NCBI GenBank assembly: GCA_024137785.1
Contig: JAHRHZ010000062.1
Coordinates: 30,225,755-30,289,754, forward strand
Source of the DNA: Ginglymostoma cirratum
Lineage: Eukaryota
Reading direction: 5' to 3'
DNA length: 64,000 nt
A model generated the notes under the pieces. The model saw only the letters and a list, made by a program, of their open reading frames with translations, was not told the DNA's origin and did no database searches. This document shows, one piece after another, positions 63,946 to 64,000 of this stretch. Position 1 is the stretch's first letter; every line of letters begins with the position of its first letter. Made by a program: the position numbers and the translations under genes.

Positions 63946-64000
63946 CATATATTTTTGCTGAGTAAACACACAATATGAACGTTGCTTCAGCAAAGATACA

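Overview
Vertebrate genomic DNA, most likely from a shark or other elasmobranch, inferred from HE1-type and Deu-domain SINEs and shark-type CR1 and Penelope repeats. The window is AT-rich and intergenic or intronic in character. I could not recognise any host protein-coding gene. Most ORFs in the track are fragments of decayed transposons: CR1 and L2 LINEs, tRNA-derived SINEs, Penelope-like elements (PLEs), PIF/Harbinger relics (one with transposase and Myb/SANT genes in convergent orientation) and a solo LTR. The most structured signal is a recurrent class of short PLE-derived fold-back insertions from three subfamilies. Each has two inverted arms, usually carries a minimal hammerhead-ribozyme motif (CTGANGA..GAAACGTC), shows a fixed ~35-nt arm asymmetry and is bounded by a 10-16 bp direct repeat. 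All three 400-N assembly gaps fall inside one of these subfamilies. Other candidates are a possible orphan terminal exon (18010-18427, minus) and a dense cluster of NR5A/ERR-type nuclear receptor sites near 24.3-24.55 kb. Repeat family names come from recognition by eye, not from database searches, and boundaries of old repeats are approximate.
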